Positions 1-7,652 of a stretch of 26,587 nucleotides of DNA are shown in pieces. The stretch is from Solirubrobacteraceae bacterium (lineage in GTDB: Bacteria > Actinomycetota > Thermoleophilia > Solirubrobacterales > Solirubrobacteraceae), in contig JBPCNM010000194.1 in assembly GCA_051001255.1 (NCBI GenBank), positions 1-26,587 of the forward strand, given 5' to 3'. The translations under genes and the position numbers were made by a program. Below the pieces are notes generated by a model. It searched no databases and was not told where the DNA came from. It was given only the letters and a program-made list of their open reading frames with translations. Numbering within the stretch: the first letter of the stretch is position 1; each line of letters begins with the position of its first letter.

Positions 1-249
1 CAGATGGCTAGCGAAACGCTCGGGTGGCGACTCGTGGATGGCGCCGCGCTTGTCCGCGACGGCGCGATCTTCGGAGTCCCAACCAGACCGCCCAAAGGGA
101 ACTACCGGCCACCGCGGCGACCCGAGCGTGACTCCACCGCCGAAGCTGTGGCCGGCCTGGATCCCAATCTCGTACGCGGCGTCCTCGCTCACCAGCCACA
201 GGTGCAGGACGTCGGTGAGGTCCTCTGGAGTGAGGATGCATGAGTTCAC
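1..249 (-). CDS. Partial hypothetical protein running off the window start (not in the ORF track)
   Basis: Open minus frame from GTG 249 to base 1: MNSCILTPEDLTDVLHLWLVSEDAAYEIGIQAGHSFGGGVTLGSPRWPVVPFGRSGWDSEDRAVADKRGAIHESPPERFASHL. Strong third-position GC bias (GAG GAC CTC ACC GAC GTC CTG CAC CTG...). The start is uncertain. Confidence 0.4.
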   Translation of the reverse strand, partial: MNSCILTPEDLTDVLHLWLVSEDAAYEIGIQAGHSFGGGVTLGSPRWPVVPFGRSGWDSEDRAVADKRGAIHESPPERFASHL

Positions 250-501
250 TCGCCCGCCAGCGCTCGTGGCGTTCGCCGGCGGTCGGGTCGAACACCCGCA
301 AGGACGCAAGGACGGCGCACGGCCAGGGCTTCACCGACGCGGCGGGGAACGCTCGGACCAGCGATCCTGGCGCGGAGCATGCGGTTGGCGAGCGACCACG
401 GTCAGGCGCTCAGGCGCCGGGTGCTGTGATCGGCTCAGCGGGTCGCAATGGCCGCTTGCAGCCTCGAGGCTGGTTGCCGCATGGATTACTGGCGGCACAC
501 C

Positions 502-529
502 TTGCGCATGCGCGTTGCACTGGTATGTT
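502..529 (+). promoter_or_regulatory. Putative housekeeping-sigma promoter for the riboswitch leader
   Basis: TTGCGC (502-507), a 16-nt spacer, then TGG-TATGTT (extended -10, TAnnnT at 524-529), about 20 nt upstream of the aptamer. Confidence 0.4.
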
Positions 530-548
530 GTCGGCGCTCAATCGACCA

Positions 549-684
549 AGGCCGAGTTCCCGTCGACAGCGACGGGAAGCGGGGGAACCAACGGGACTCC
601 GGTCCCCAGGGGCGAATCGCCGCCAGCGTGCGGCGTAGCGTAGGTCGTCGAACGCGCGAGCCCGACAGCTAACTCCGTAGGCCG
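549..684 (+). ncRNA. c-di-AMP riboswitch (ydaO/yuaA class)
   Basis: Class hallmarks appear in the expected order: GCCGAGT, a perfect 9-bp hairpin TTCCCGTCG/CGACGGGAA (557-578), GGGGGAACCA (581-590), hairpin GGGAC/GTCCC, GGGGCGAATC (609-618), hairpin GCCGC/GCGGC followed by GTAG, and the terminal CGAGCCCGACAGCTAACTCCGTAGGC (657-682). GGCC at 550-553 can close P1 with GGCC at 680-683. Confidence 0.87.
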
Positions 685-832
685 CCCAATGGAAGGATGG
701 CTTCACCGTGCCTGCGACCAATCGCGGCTTGATCTCCCAATGCTCCGGATCTCGTTCACGATCGACGGGCGGCGCCCGGTCGGTTGCCTCCCGAGGAAGC
801 GCCTGCACGAGCCCTGACAACCGGTAGGTCCG

Positions 833-1369
833 ATGAACCTGCTGAGCGGCGGCGAGTTCTTCCTCCTGCTGCACCTTGGGCTGGGCATCGGCTTCATCCA
901 CGGCTTCGCCGGGGGGATCGCGACGCTCGTCGACCGGACAACCACGCGGCTTGCGGAGACGCGGCTGAAGGCGCGGGTGCGGGCCGCCAGCACGCTGTTG
1001 ATGGCGGCGGCGCTGTGGGGCGCCGTCATTTCGGGGACGTGGCTCGTGTATCCCGGTTACCGGGCGGAGCCGCCGGAGGGCGCCGCGACGGCCGCCTATC
1101 CGAAGGCGGACCTGCTGGCCAACGAGGACCTCGCGTTCTGGCACGACTTCGGGATGGAGTGGAAGGAGCACGTCGCCTGGCTGACGCCCTTCCTCGCCAC
1201 CGCGGTCGCGTTCGTCGCGATCCGCTACGGCCGCCGAGTGTCCAGCGACAAGCTCATCCGCTCGTCGCTCATCCGCCTGTTCACCGTCGCTGCGCTGGCC
1301 TCCGTGGTGGCGGCCGGACTCGGCGCCGCGATCAACAAGGTCGCGCCCAACCTGTTCCTGGATCTCTGA
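833..1369 (+). CDS. Uncharacterised integral membrane protein (about 4 TM), 178 aa
   Basis: Clear codon bias and hydrophobic segments. Motifs YPxYRA and WHxxGMEWKEHVAW, with several His in or near predicted TM segments. Confidence 0.85.
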   Translation: MNLLSGGEFFLLLHLGLGIGFIHGFAGGIATLVDRTTTRLAETRLKARVRAASTLLMAAALWGAVISGTWLVYPGYRAEPPEGAATAAYPKADLLANEDLAFWHDFGMEWKEHVAWLTPFLATAVAFVAIRYGRRVSSDKLIRSSLIRLFTVAALASVVAAGLGAAINKVAPNLFLDL

Positions 1370-1384
1370 TCGAAGGGTATTCCC

Positions 1385-1816
1385 ATGAGCCTCATCGACG
1401 AACGGTCATCCGGCGCCCCCGAGCGGCGCCCCGGGGCGCCGCCGTCACGCCACGGTCGACCGGCGGCCGAGCTGGCCGACACGGGCGAATCGCGTAGCGC
1501 TACGGAGCCCAACGGGGGAATCGCTGCGGCGTTGCTGGCCGCCGGCATCGGCTGCGCGGCCTTCGGCGTTCTCGTCGTCCTCGCCGAAGCCAGCGCCGCG
1601 GTCAAGGACGCGCTCACCGTCTCGGAGGGCGCCGGACCGCTGTCCGGAAAGGGCCTCGGCGCGACGGTGCTGTGGGCCGTCGCCTGGGCGGTGCTTCACG
1701 CAACGCTGCGCAACCGCGAGCTCCCGTGGCGACCCGTCGCGCGTACGACGACGGCGCTGATCGCCGTGGGACTCATCGCGACCTTCCCGCCTGTCTTCCA
1801 GCTCTTTGCGCACTGA
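1385..1816 (+). CDS. Uncharacterised membrane protein (about 3 TM), 143 aa, probably co-transcribed with 833-1369
   Basis: 15-nt gap after the previous stop. Disordered N-terminus, then PNGGIAAALLAAGIG..., GPLSGK..., and C-terminal ATFPPVFQLF. Confidence 0.8.
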   Translation: MSLIDERSSGAPERRPGAPPSRHGRPAAELADTGESRSATEPNGGIAAALLAAGIGCAAFGVLVVLAEASAAVKDALTVSEGAGPLSGKGLGATVLWAVAWAVLHATLRNRELPWRPVARTTTALIAVGLIATFPPVFQLFAH

Positions 1817-2047
1817 GCCGCGCGGTGGCAGCGTCCTGGCCACAGACACCGAGCCGCACCGGTCCACCGCCGGGTGTGGCCGCCCGCGTCCGGCGAAGCC
1901 GCGCTTGCGCTTTCCGTGCAACTGACGGTGCCGGACTGCGCCCGGCGCGCGTGCCGCGCTGTTGCTCTGTCGAGGAAAGCGGTGGCTGCGGGACTCGAGG
2001 GGCCGGCGGGGCGAAGCTTGGGAGCCTGTCGAGCCCGAGGAAAGGTC

Positions 2048-2710
2048 ATGAACAAGCTGCTGCTCGATGCCGCCGGCCGTCGCCCGTCGCCCGTCGCCGG
2101 CGACCATGCCGGTCGCCCGCCACGCAACAAGGGCATCCGTTACCCGGCCGACCCGCTCACCATCGAGGAGATCGTCGCCGTCATGCGGACGGCGGGCGGC
2201 GGGGCACATGGTCGCCGCCTACACGGATTGATCGTCGTGCTCTGGCGCGCCGGGCTGCGCATCCACGAGGCGCTCGCGCTCGGCGAGCCCGATCTCGACC
2301 ATCGCGCGGCTCGTTGCTTGTCCGGCACGGCAAGGGCGGCCGCCGACGCGAGGTCGGCATGGACGAGCGGGCGTGAGAACAACTCCAGCCATGGCTCAGT
2401 GTCCGGGTCAGACTCCCGTCGGTCCGCTGTTTCCATCATCAACGGCCACGCGCGGCCGGCCGTGGTCGAGCGCGGCCGCCCGCGCGGGAGCTTCGCCGGA
2501 CACCACGCACGCTGGCGTGCGTCGGCGCTTCGCGCCGCACCAGCTCCGGCACGCGCACGCCGACGAGATGGCACACGAAGGCGTCCCGCTGATCGTCACC
2601 CAACGCCAGCTCGGCCACCGCAACCCGCCCATGCCCGCCGAGCGCCGATGATCCGGCATCACATCGATCTATCTCCACGGCATCGACAGCGCGGAGATCA
2701 TCGACATTCC
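2048..2710 (+). pseudogene. Decayed tyrosine recombinase (phage integrase family, catalytic domain only)
   Basis: Catalytic motifs are spread over different frames: GLRIHEAL (R), VRHGKGG (K), HQLRH (HxxR), LGH, and GITSIY (Y). There is an in-frame TGA at 2374-2376 and several indels. Confidence 0.85.
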
Positions 2711-2891
2711 CTGCCGAAGAACTCGAATGTCGCAGCGGTCGACCGCTTCGTCGTCGATGCGTACCGAAGCGCTTGGGATGCTGGCCTACACGCGCCTTGA
2801 CGCGCGTCCTGAGGTCGAGCCAGTAACCCACATACGGTGACCGCATTTCGCGCGATGCGGCAGCGTCGTTCAAGTATCGGTTTGATCCCCG

Positions 2892-3685
2892 TCAGCCCAG
2901 CGCGTCGAGGAAGGCGAGCGCCGCGCGCTCGGCGTCCGCGCGCGGCTTGAGGCCGGCGTCGGCGGCGCGCGCCCGGAGCTCTCGGTAGAGGTCCGCGGCT
3001 GTGCGGAGCGCCGCCGTGCAGCCGGCGCGCGAGTGATCGCGCACCGCCGCCGCCAGCGCATCGACGAGCTCAGGCGCGTAGCGCTCGATGCGCCGCACGC
3101 CCTGGGGACGCTGCGCGTGCTCGCGCGCAATCAGCGGTCCGAGCGCGGCCGAGCGCAGGAGCGTAAGGAGCTCCAAGCACTCGAACAGCTCACCGCGACC
3201 GATCTTGGTCGCGCCGTAGTGCACCCAGACCCAGAAGCGGTCTTCGATCCACTGTCCGTCAGGCGCGGGCCATACGGCGGTCGTGGCCGCCGTCGCGTCC
3301 CGCACGGCGCCGTCGCGCTCCCAGAGGACGTGCGCGTCCTCGACGCGGTGAGCGAGGTCTCGGAGTGCGATCACCTTGATGTCCACGTGGAGCAGCGGGG
3401 TCCGTACAGCGCGATGAGCAGCCGCGGCTCGCCGACGTGATCGCCGGTGAACGCGGCCAGCAGCGGACCGATCGCGGCGGCGAGGTCGCGCACGTCGGGC
3501 GCGGCACCGTGGTCGCCGTCGCGACAGACGACAACCAGGTCGAGGTCCGAGAACTCGTCCATTGTTCCCGTCACGGCGGAGCCGCCCGCCGTGACGCCGA
3601 CGATGCGCTCGTCGCGCGCCGCGGCCGCGAGTAGCCGGTCGAGCAGCGGGCGGGCTAGAGCCGGCAGGGCGTCGTAGGACAGCAC
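2892..3685 (-). pseudogene. Pol-beta-superfamily nucleotidyltransferase (LinB/Lnu- or Aad-like fold) with one -1 frameshift
   Basis: N-half has GGSAVTGTMDEFSDLDLVV (GS...DxD motif). C-half ...PLLHVDIK...WIEDRFWVWVHYGATKIGRGELFE... is in another frame. Adding one G to the G4 run at 3397-3400 restores LYGPPLLHVD. Confidence 0.75.
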
Positions 3686-4087
3686 GCTCTGACCGTAACT
3701 CACCGACACCGGTGTGCCACAGCAAGGATCGCCGGCCATGCGCCGATGGCCTTGCCGAGCACGTGTGAGGTGGCCAACGCGGCCGCGGCCAATCGCACGG
3801 ATGCAGGACCAGCGCGCTGCTGCTTCCGCGCGTGAAAGCGAGCGGAGCCGCGCCGGTACCCCTCATGTAGCGGCCGGGTCGCGATCCTCCTTGCTGATCG
3901 CGATCCGGTCGCGGCGCTCGCATGGAGCCGGGGAACGCAGACGAGCAACGAGGCATCCCGCCAAGAGCCGCTCAACGAGCAGGCGCCGGTCAGCCCGTGA
4001 ACGTCCCAGCGTGGTCGGTGATCCGGCCACGCAGGCGCCCGACTACCCGACCCGGGCCGCCGCCCCGAGCCCGTGAGCGAGTCGAAG

Positions 4088-5101
4088 TCAACCCAGCACG
4101 GACAGCACCGCCGCCGCGATCCGGTCCTCGTTCGGCAACGCCACCGTCTCGAGGTTCTTCGCGTAGGGCAGCGGCACCTCGGCCATGCCGACGCGCTCGA
4201 CCGGCGCGTCGAGGTGGTCGAAGCACGCCTTGGAGATGCGCGCCGCCAGCTCGGCGGTGACGCCGTAAGACGGCCAGCCCTCCTCCACGCAGATCGCGCG
4301 GTTGGTCTTGGCGACCGACTTCGCGACCGTCTCCATGTCGAGCGGGCGCAGCGAGCGCAGGTCGACCACCTCGGCGTTCAGCCCCTTCTCCTCGGCCAGC
4401 TTCTCCGCCACGTGCAGCGCGCGCACCGTGGCGAAGGAGTGCGAGACGATCGTGATGTCCGAGCCCTCGCGGGCGACCGCGGCAAGGCCGATCGGCGTCA
4501 CGAACTCGGGGTCGAGCGGGACGTCGCCCTTCTCCTTGTAGATCGGCAGGTTCTCGATCACGAGCACCGGGTCCTCGTCGCGGATCGCCGCCTTGAGCAG
4601 CCCTTTCGCGTCGGCCGGGTTGGCGGGTGCGACGACCTTCAGGCCCGGCGTGCCGGCGAACCAGCCGTCGAACGACTGCGAGTGCTGCGCGGTGAGTTGG
4701 TTGCCCGCCCCGTTGGGCGTGCGGATCACCAGCGGGCAGCGCACCTCGCCGCCGAACATCGCGCCGATCTTGGCCGCGTGGTTGATCACCTGGTCCATCG
4801 CGACCAGCAGGAAGTTGAGCGTCATGATCTCGACGATCGGGCGTTCGCCGAGCATCGCGGCGCCGACGCCGGCGCCGACGAAGCCCTCCTCGGAGATCGG
4901 GGTGTCGCGGATCCGGTCGGCCCCGAACTCGGCCATCAGCCCCGCGGTGACCTTGTAGGAGCCCTCGAAGACGCCGACCTCCTCGCCCATGACGAAGACG
5001 CGCTCGTCGCGCCGCAGCTCCTCGCGCAGCGCAAGGCGCAGCGCCTCGCGGTAGGTCATGCGCTCGCTGCCGGTCGTGGCCGGCTGCTGCTCGTCGGTCA
5101 T
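4088..5101 (-). CDS. pdhB: Pyruvate dehydrogenase-type 2-oxoacid dehydrogenase E1 beta subunit
   Basis: MTYREAL...MGEEVG...GSYKVT...DTPISE...RPIVEIM...QHSQ...VDLRSLRPLD...VEEGW. Start at MTDEQ (5101). Confidence 0.93.
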   Translation of the reverse strand: MTDEQQPATTGSERMTYREALRLALREELRRDERVFVMGEEVGVFEGSYKVTAGLMAEFGADRIRDTPISEEGFVGAGVGAAMLGERPIVEIMTLNFLLVAMDQVINHAAKIGAMFGGEVRCPLVIRTPNGAGNQLTAQHSQSFDGWFAGTPGLKVVAPANPADAKGLLKAAIRDEDPVLVIENLPIYKEKGDVPLDPEFVTPIGLAAVAREGSDITIVSHSFATVRALHVAEKLAEEKGLNAEVVDLRSLRPLDMETVAKSVAKTNRAICVEEGWPSYGVTAELAARISKACFDHLDAPVERVGMAEVPLPYAKNLETVALPNEDRIAAAVLSVLG

Positions 5102-5106
5102 GGTGC

Positions 5107-6159
5107 TCACTTGCCCAGCCCCCCGTCGAACACGAGCTCCGCTTCGCCGAACGGGCTGCCGGGCCGCATGCGCGCGAACTGCTCGTCGGAGCCCTGGCTG
5201 TGCATCCCCCAGGCGAGCGCGTCGACGTCGGGCTCCGGGCTCTCGGTGGCGAACTCGACCGCCTTCTGTACTCGTTCCTCCACACGCTCGTCGATCGCGC
5301 GCAGCTCCTCGGTGTCGGCGCCGGCCTCGCGCAGGCGCGAGGCGGTGCGGAGCAGCGGGTCGTGCTGCTGGCGCTCGGTGATCTCGTCCTTGGTCCGGTA
5401 CGCGAGCCCTGCGTCCGCCACGGAGTGGCCCCGATAGCGGTAGGTGATCGCCTCCAGCACCGCGGGCTGGCGCTCCTCGCGCGCGCGGTCCAGCAGGCGC
5501 GACGTGGCATCGATGACGATCTCGAGGTCGTCGCCGTCGATCGCCTCGCCGTGCATCCGGTAGGCGCTCGCGCGCTTGTGCAGCTCGGGCTCGGCCGAGG
5601 CGCGGTCCACCGCCGTGCCCATCCCGTACTTGTTGTTGACCACCACGTAGACGATCGGCAGGCGCCACAAGGCGGCGAGGTTGAGCGACTCGTGCCAGGC
5701 GCCCATGTTCACCGCGCCGTCCCCGAGCTCGCATGCCACGGCCTGGCGCTTGCCCTGGCGTACGAGTGCGAGCGCGAGGCCGGTGGCGAGGGGAAGCTGG
5801 CCGCCGACGATCCCCCAGCCGCCGTAGTAGCCGCGATCGGTGTCGAGCAGGTGCATCGAGCCGCCGCGGCCGTGCGCGCACCCGTCGCGCTTGCCGAACA
5901 GCTCGGCCATGACCGCCTCGGGCGAGGTGCCGCGGGCGAGCGCGAAGCCGTGCGAGCGGTAGTCGGTGACGAGCAGGTCGTCGTCCTGCATCGCGTCGAC
6001 GACGCCGACGCAGGTCGCCTCCTGGCCCGAGGAGAGGTGGCAGTAGCCGCCGATGCGGGCCGCCTTGTACTGCCGCTCCGCCTCGGTCTCGAAGACCCGG
6101 ATGAGCAGCATCTGCTCGTACATCGCGAGCAGGTCGGTGTGGGCTGGCGCGATCGCCAT
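5107..6159 (-). CDS. pdhA: Pyruvate dehydrogenase-type E1 alpha subunit
   Basis: IGGYCHLSSGQEA, YRSHG, GRGGSMH, TPP motif GDGAVNMG...NN, and TYRYRGHSVAD. Confidence 0.93.
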   Translation of the reverse strand: MAIAPAHTDLLAMYEQMLLIRVFETEAERQYKAARIGGYCHLSSGQEATCVGVVDAMQDDDLLVTDYRSHGFALARGTSPEAVMAELFGKRDGCAHGRGGSMHLLDTDRGYYGGWGIVGGQLPLATGLALALVRQGKRQAVACELGDGAVNMGAWHESLNLAALWRLPIVYVVVNNKYGMGTAVDRASAEPELHKRASAYRMHGEAIDGDDLEIVIDATSRLLDRAREERQPAVLEAITYRYRGHSVADAGLAYRTKDEITERQQHDPLLRTASRLREAGADTEELRAIDERVEERVQKAVEFATESPEPDVDALAWGMHSQGSDEQFARMRPGSPFGEAELVFDGGLGK

Positions 6160-6162
6160 GGC

Positions 6163-6861
6163 TCAGGCCTCCTCGAAGAAACCGGGGTGTTGGGCGCGGA
6201 TGCGCGGCACCTCCTGCAGGACGTTCTGCAGGTGGTCGCGGAGCAGCGCCTCGGCGCCGTCCGCGTCGTGATCGGCCACGGCGGAGATCACGCGCCGATG
6301 CTGTTCGATCATCTCTGCAAGGTAGCTGGGAACGGGCATGCTCAGCCGCCGGATGCGGTTGAGGTGCCCGCGCGCGCGCTGACTGACCGGCCACACCGCG
6401 CGGTGCTCGGACAGGTCGCAGAGCGCGTGGTGGAACGCGTCGTCGAGCACGTAGAACGCGTCGAAGTCGTCGGAGTCGCGAGCGCGCTCCTGCGCCCGCA
6501 GCGTGTCCTCCAGCTCGGCGACGTCGTCCTCGGCGGCCAGGTCGGCGGCGCGGCGCACGCACGCGCACTCGAGCGCCTCGCGGATGAACTGCGCGTCAGC
6601 CACGGCCGAGGTCGAGATCCGGGTCACGAACGTGCCGAGCTGCGGCACGATCTCCACCAGCCGCTCGTCGCGCAGGCGCACGAGCGCCTCCCGGATCGGC
6701 GTGCGGCTGACGCCCAGGCGTGCGGCCAGCTCGTTCTCGGAGAGCTGGCGACCGGGCTCGAGCTCGGCGCGGACGATCGCCTCGCGCAGCGCAGCGTACG
6801 CCTGGACCCGGGCCGAAGTCGTCGAATGCTCATGCAGCAGCGAACGGTCGAGCCGGTCCAT
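6163..6861 (-). CDS. GntR family transcriptional regulator (FadR/FCD type)
   Basis: Winged HTH LSENELAARLGVSRTPIREALVRL...VPQLGTFV, and FCD-like C-terminus D..FHHAL...H..VISAV..HD. Confidence 0.92.
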   Translation of the reverse strand: MDRLDRSLLHEHSTTSARVQAYAALREAIVRAELEPGRQLSENELAARLGVSRTPIREALVRLRDERLVEIVPQLGTFVTRISTSAVADAQFIREALECACVRRAADLAAEDDVAELEDTLRAQERARDSDDFDAFYVLDDAFHHALCDLSEHRAVWPVSQRARGHLNRIRRLSMPVPSYLAEMIEQHRRVISAVADHDADGAEALLRDHLQNVLQEVPRIRAQHPGFFEEA

Positions 6862-6871
6862 GGGTTGAATA

Positions 6872-6883
6872 CTTGCATACAAG
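6872..6883. promoter_or_regulatory. Putative GntR autoregulatory operator
   Basis: Near-palindrome CTTGCATACAAG in an AT-rich patch 10 nt upstream of the GntR ATG. Confidence 0.5.
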
Positions 6884-6899
6884 CATCGATCGGGCGGCT

Positions 6900-7652
6900 T
6901 CACGTCAGCAACTGGACGATCGCGGCGAGCCCGACGACGACGATCACGCCGCGCAGGACGGCGGGTGAGAGGCGGCGCCCGATCTTCGCGCCGAGCTGGC
7001 CACCGGCCGCCGAGCCGACCGCCAGCAGCAGCGCCGGCAGCCACGCGACGCTCGCGAAGCAGAGGAAGATCGCGGCCGCCACGCCGTTGACCAGCGCGGC
7101 GAGCACGTTCTTGAGCGCGTTGAGCCGCTGCAGGTCCTCGGGGATCGCGATGCCGGTCAGCGCGAGCAGGATCACGCCCTGTGCCGCGCCGAAGTAGCCG
7201 CCGTAGACGCCGGTGCCGAGGACACCGCTCCACAGCAGCGGCCCGCCGTGCGGGCGCACCGCGTCGCGGCGCGCGGCGAGCGTCTTCGAGAGCCGCGGCT
7301 GCGCCACGACGAGCACGAGCGCGAGCGCGATCAGCACCGGAACGATCGCCTCGAACGCCGAGCCGGGCAGCGACAGCAGCAGGATCGCGCCGAGGATCCC
7401 GCCGAGCAGCGAGGCGCTGCCGAGCGTGACGATGCGCCCACGCTGACCCTTGAGCTCGTCGCGGTAGCCGATCGCGCCCGAGACCGAGCCCGGCACGAGC
7501 CCGAGCGTGTTTGACACGTTCGCGGTCACCGGCCCGTAGCCGACCGCCAGCAGGACCGGGAACGTCACGAGCGTGCCGGAGCCGACGACCGTGTTGATGG
7601 CGCCGGCGAACACGCCCGCCGCCAGCACCACCGCGCACTCGAGGAGGCTCAC
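6900..7652 (-). CDS. TauE/SafE (TSUP) family sulfite/anion exporter
   Basis: AGAINTVVGSGTLVTFPVLL and YGGYFGAAQG motifs. The GTG start overlaps the serA stop (GTGA). Confidence 0.9.
   Translation of the reverse strand: MSLLECAVVLAAGVFAGAINTVVGSGTLVTFPVLLAVGYGPVTANVSNTLGLVPGSVSGAIGYRDELKGQRGRIVTLGSASLLGGILGAILLLSLPGSAFEAIVPVLIALALVLVVAQPRLSKTLAARRDAVRPHGGPLLWSGVLGTGVYGGYFGAAQGVILLALTGIAIPEDLQRLNALKNVLAALVNGVAAAIFLCFASVAWLPALLLAVGSAAGGQLGAKIGRRLSPAVLRGVIVVVGLAAIVQLLT

Noticed and set aside
130-160. GHSFGG as an alpha/beta-hydrolase nucleophile elbow
   Set aside because: The motif is too close to the presumed start and the flanking sequence does not fit the fold. It may be coincidental.
3700-4070. 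Short ORFs between the nucleotidyltransferase and pdhB
   Set aside because: No consistent codon bias, SD or motif in any frame. Probably decayed sequence.
5102-6568. Apparent 826-aa PdhB, 885-aa LVIVD protein, 959-aa Fhs and 580-aa SDR in the ORF track
   Set aside because: The N-terminal extensions are off-frame read-through over neighbouring genes. Family-typical starts, some with clear SD sequences, lie further downstream.
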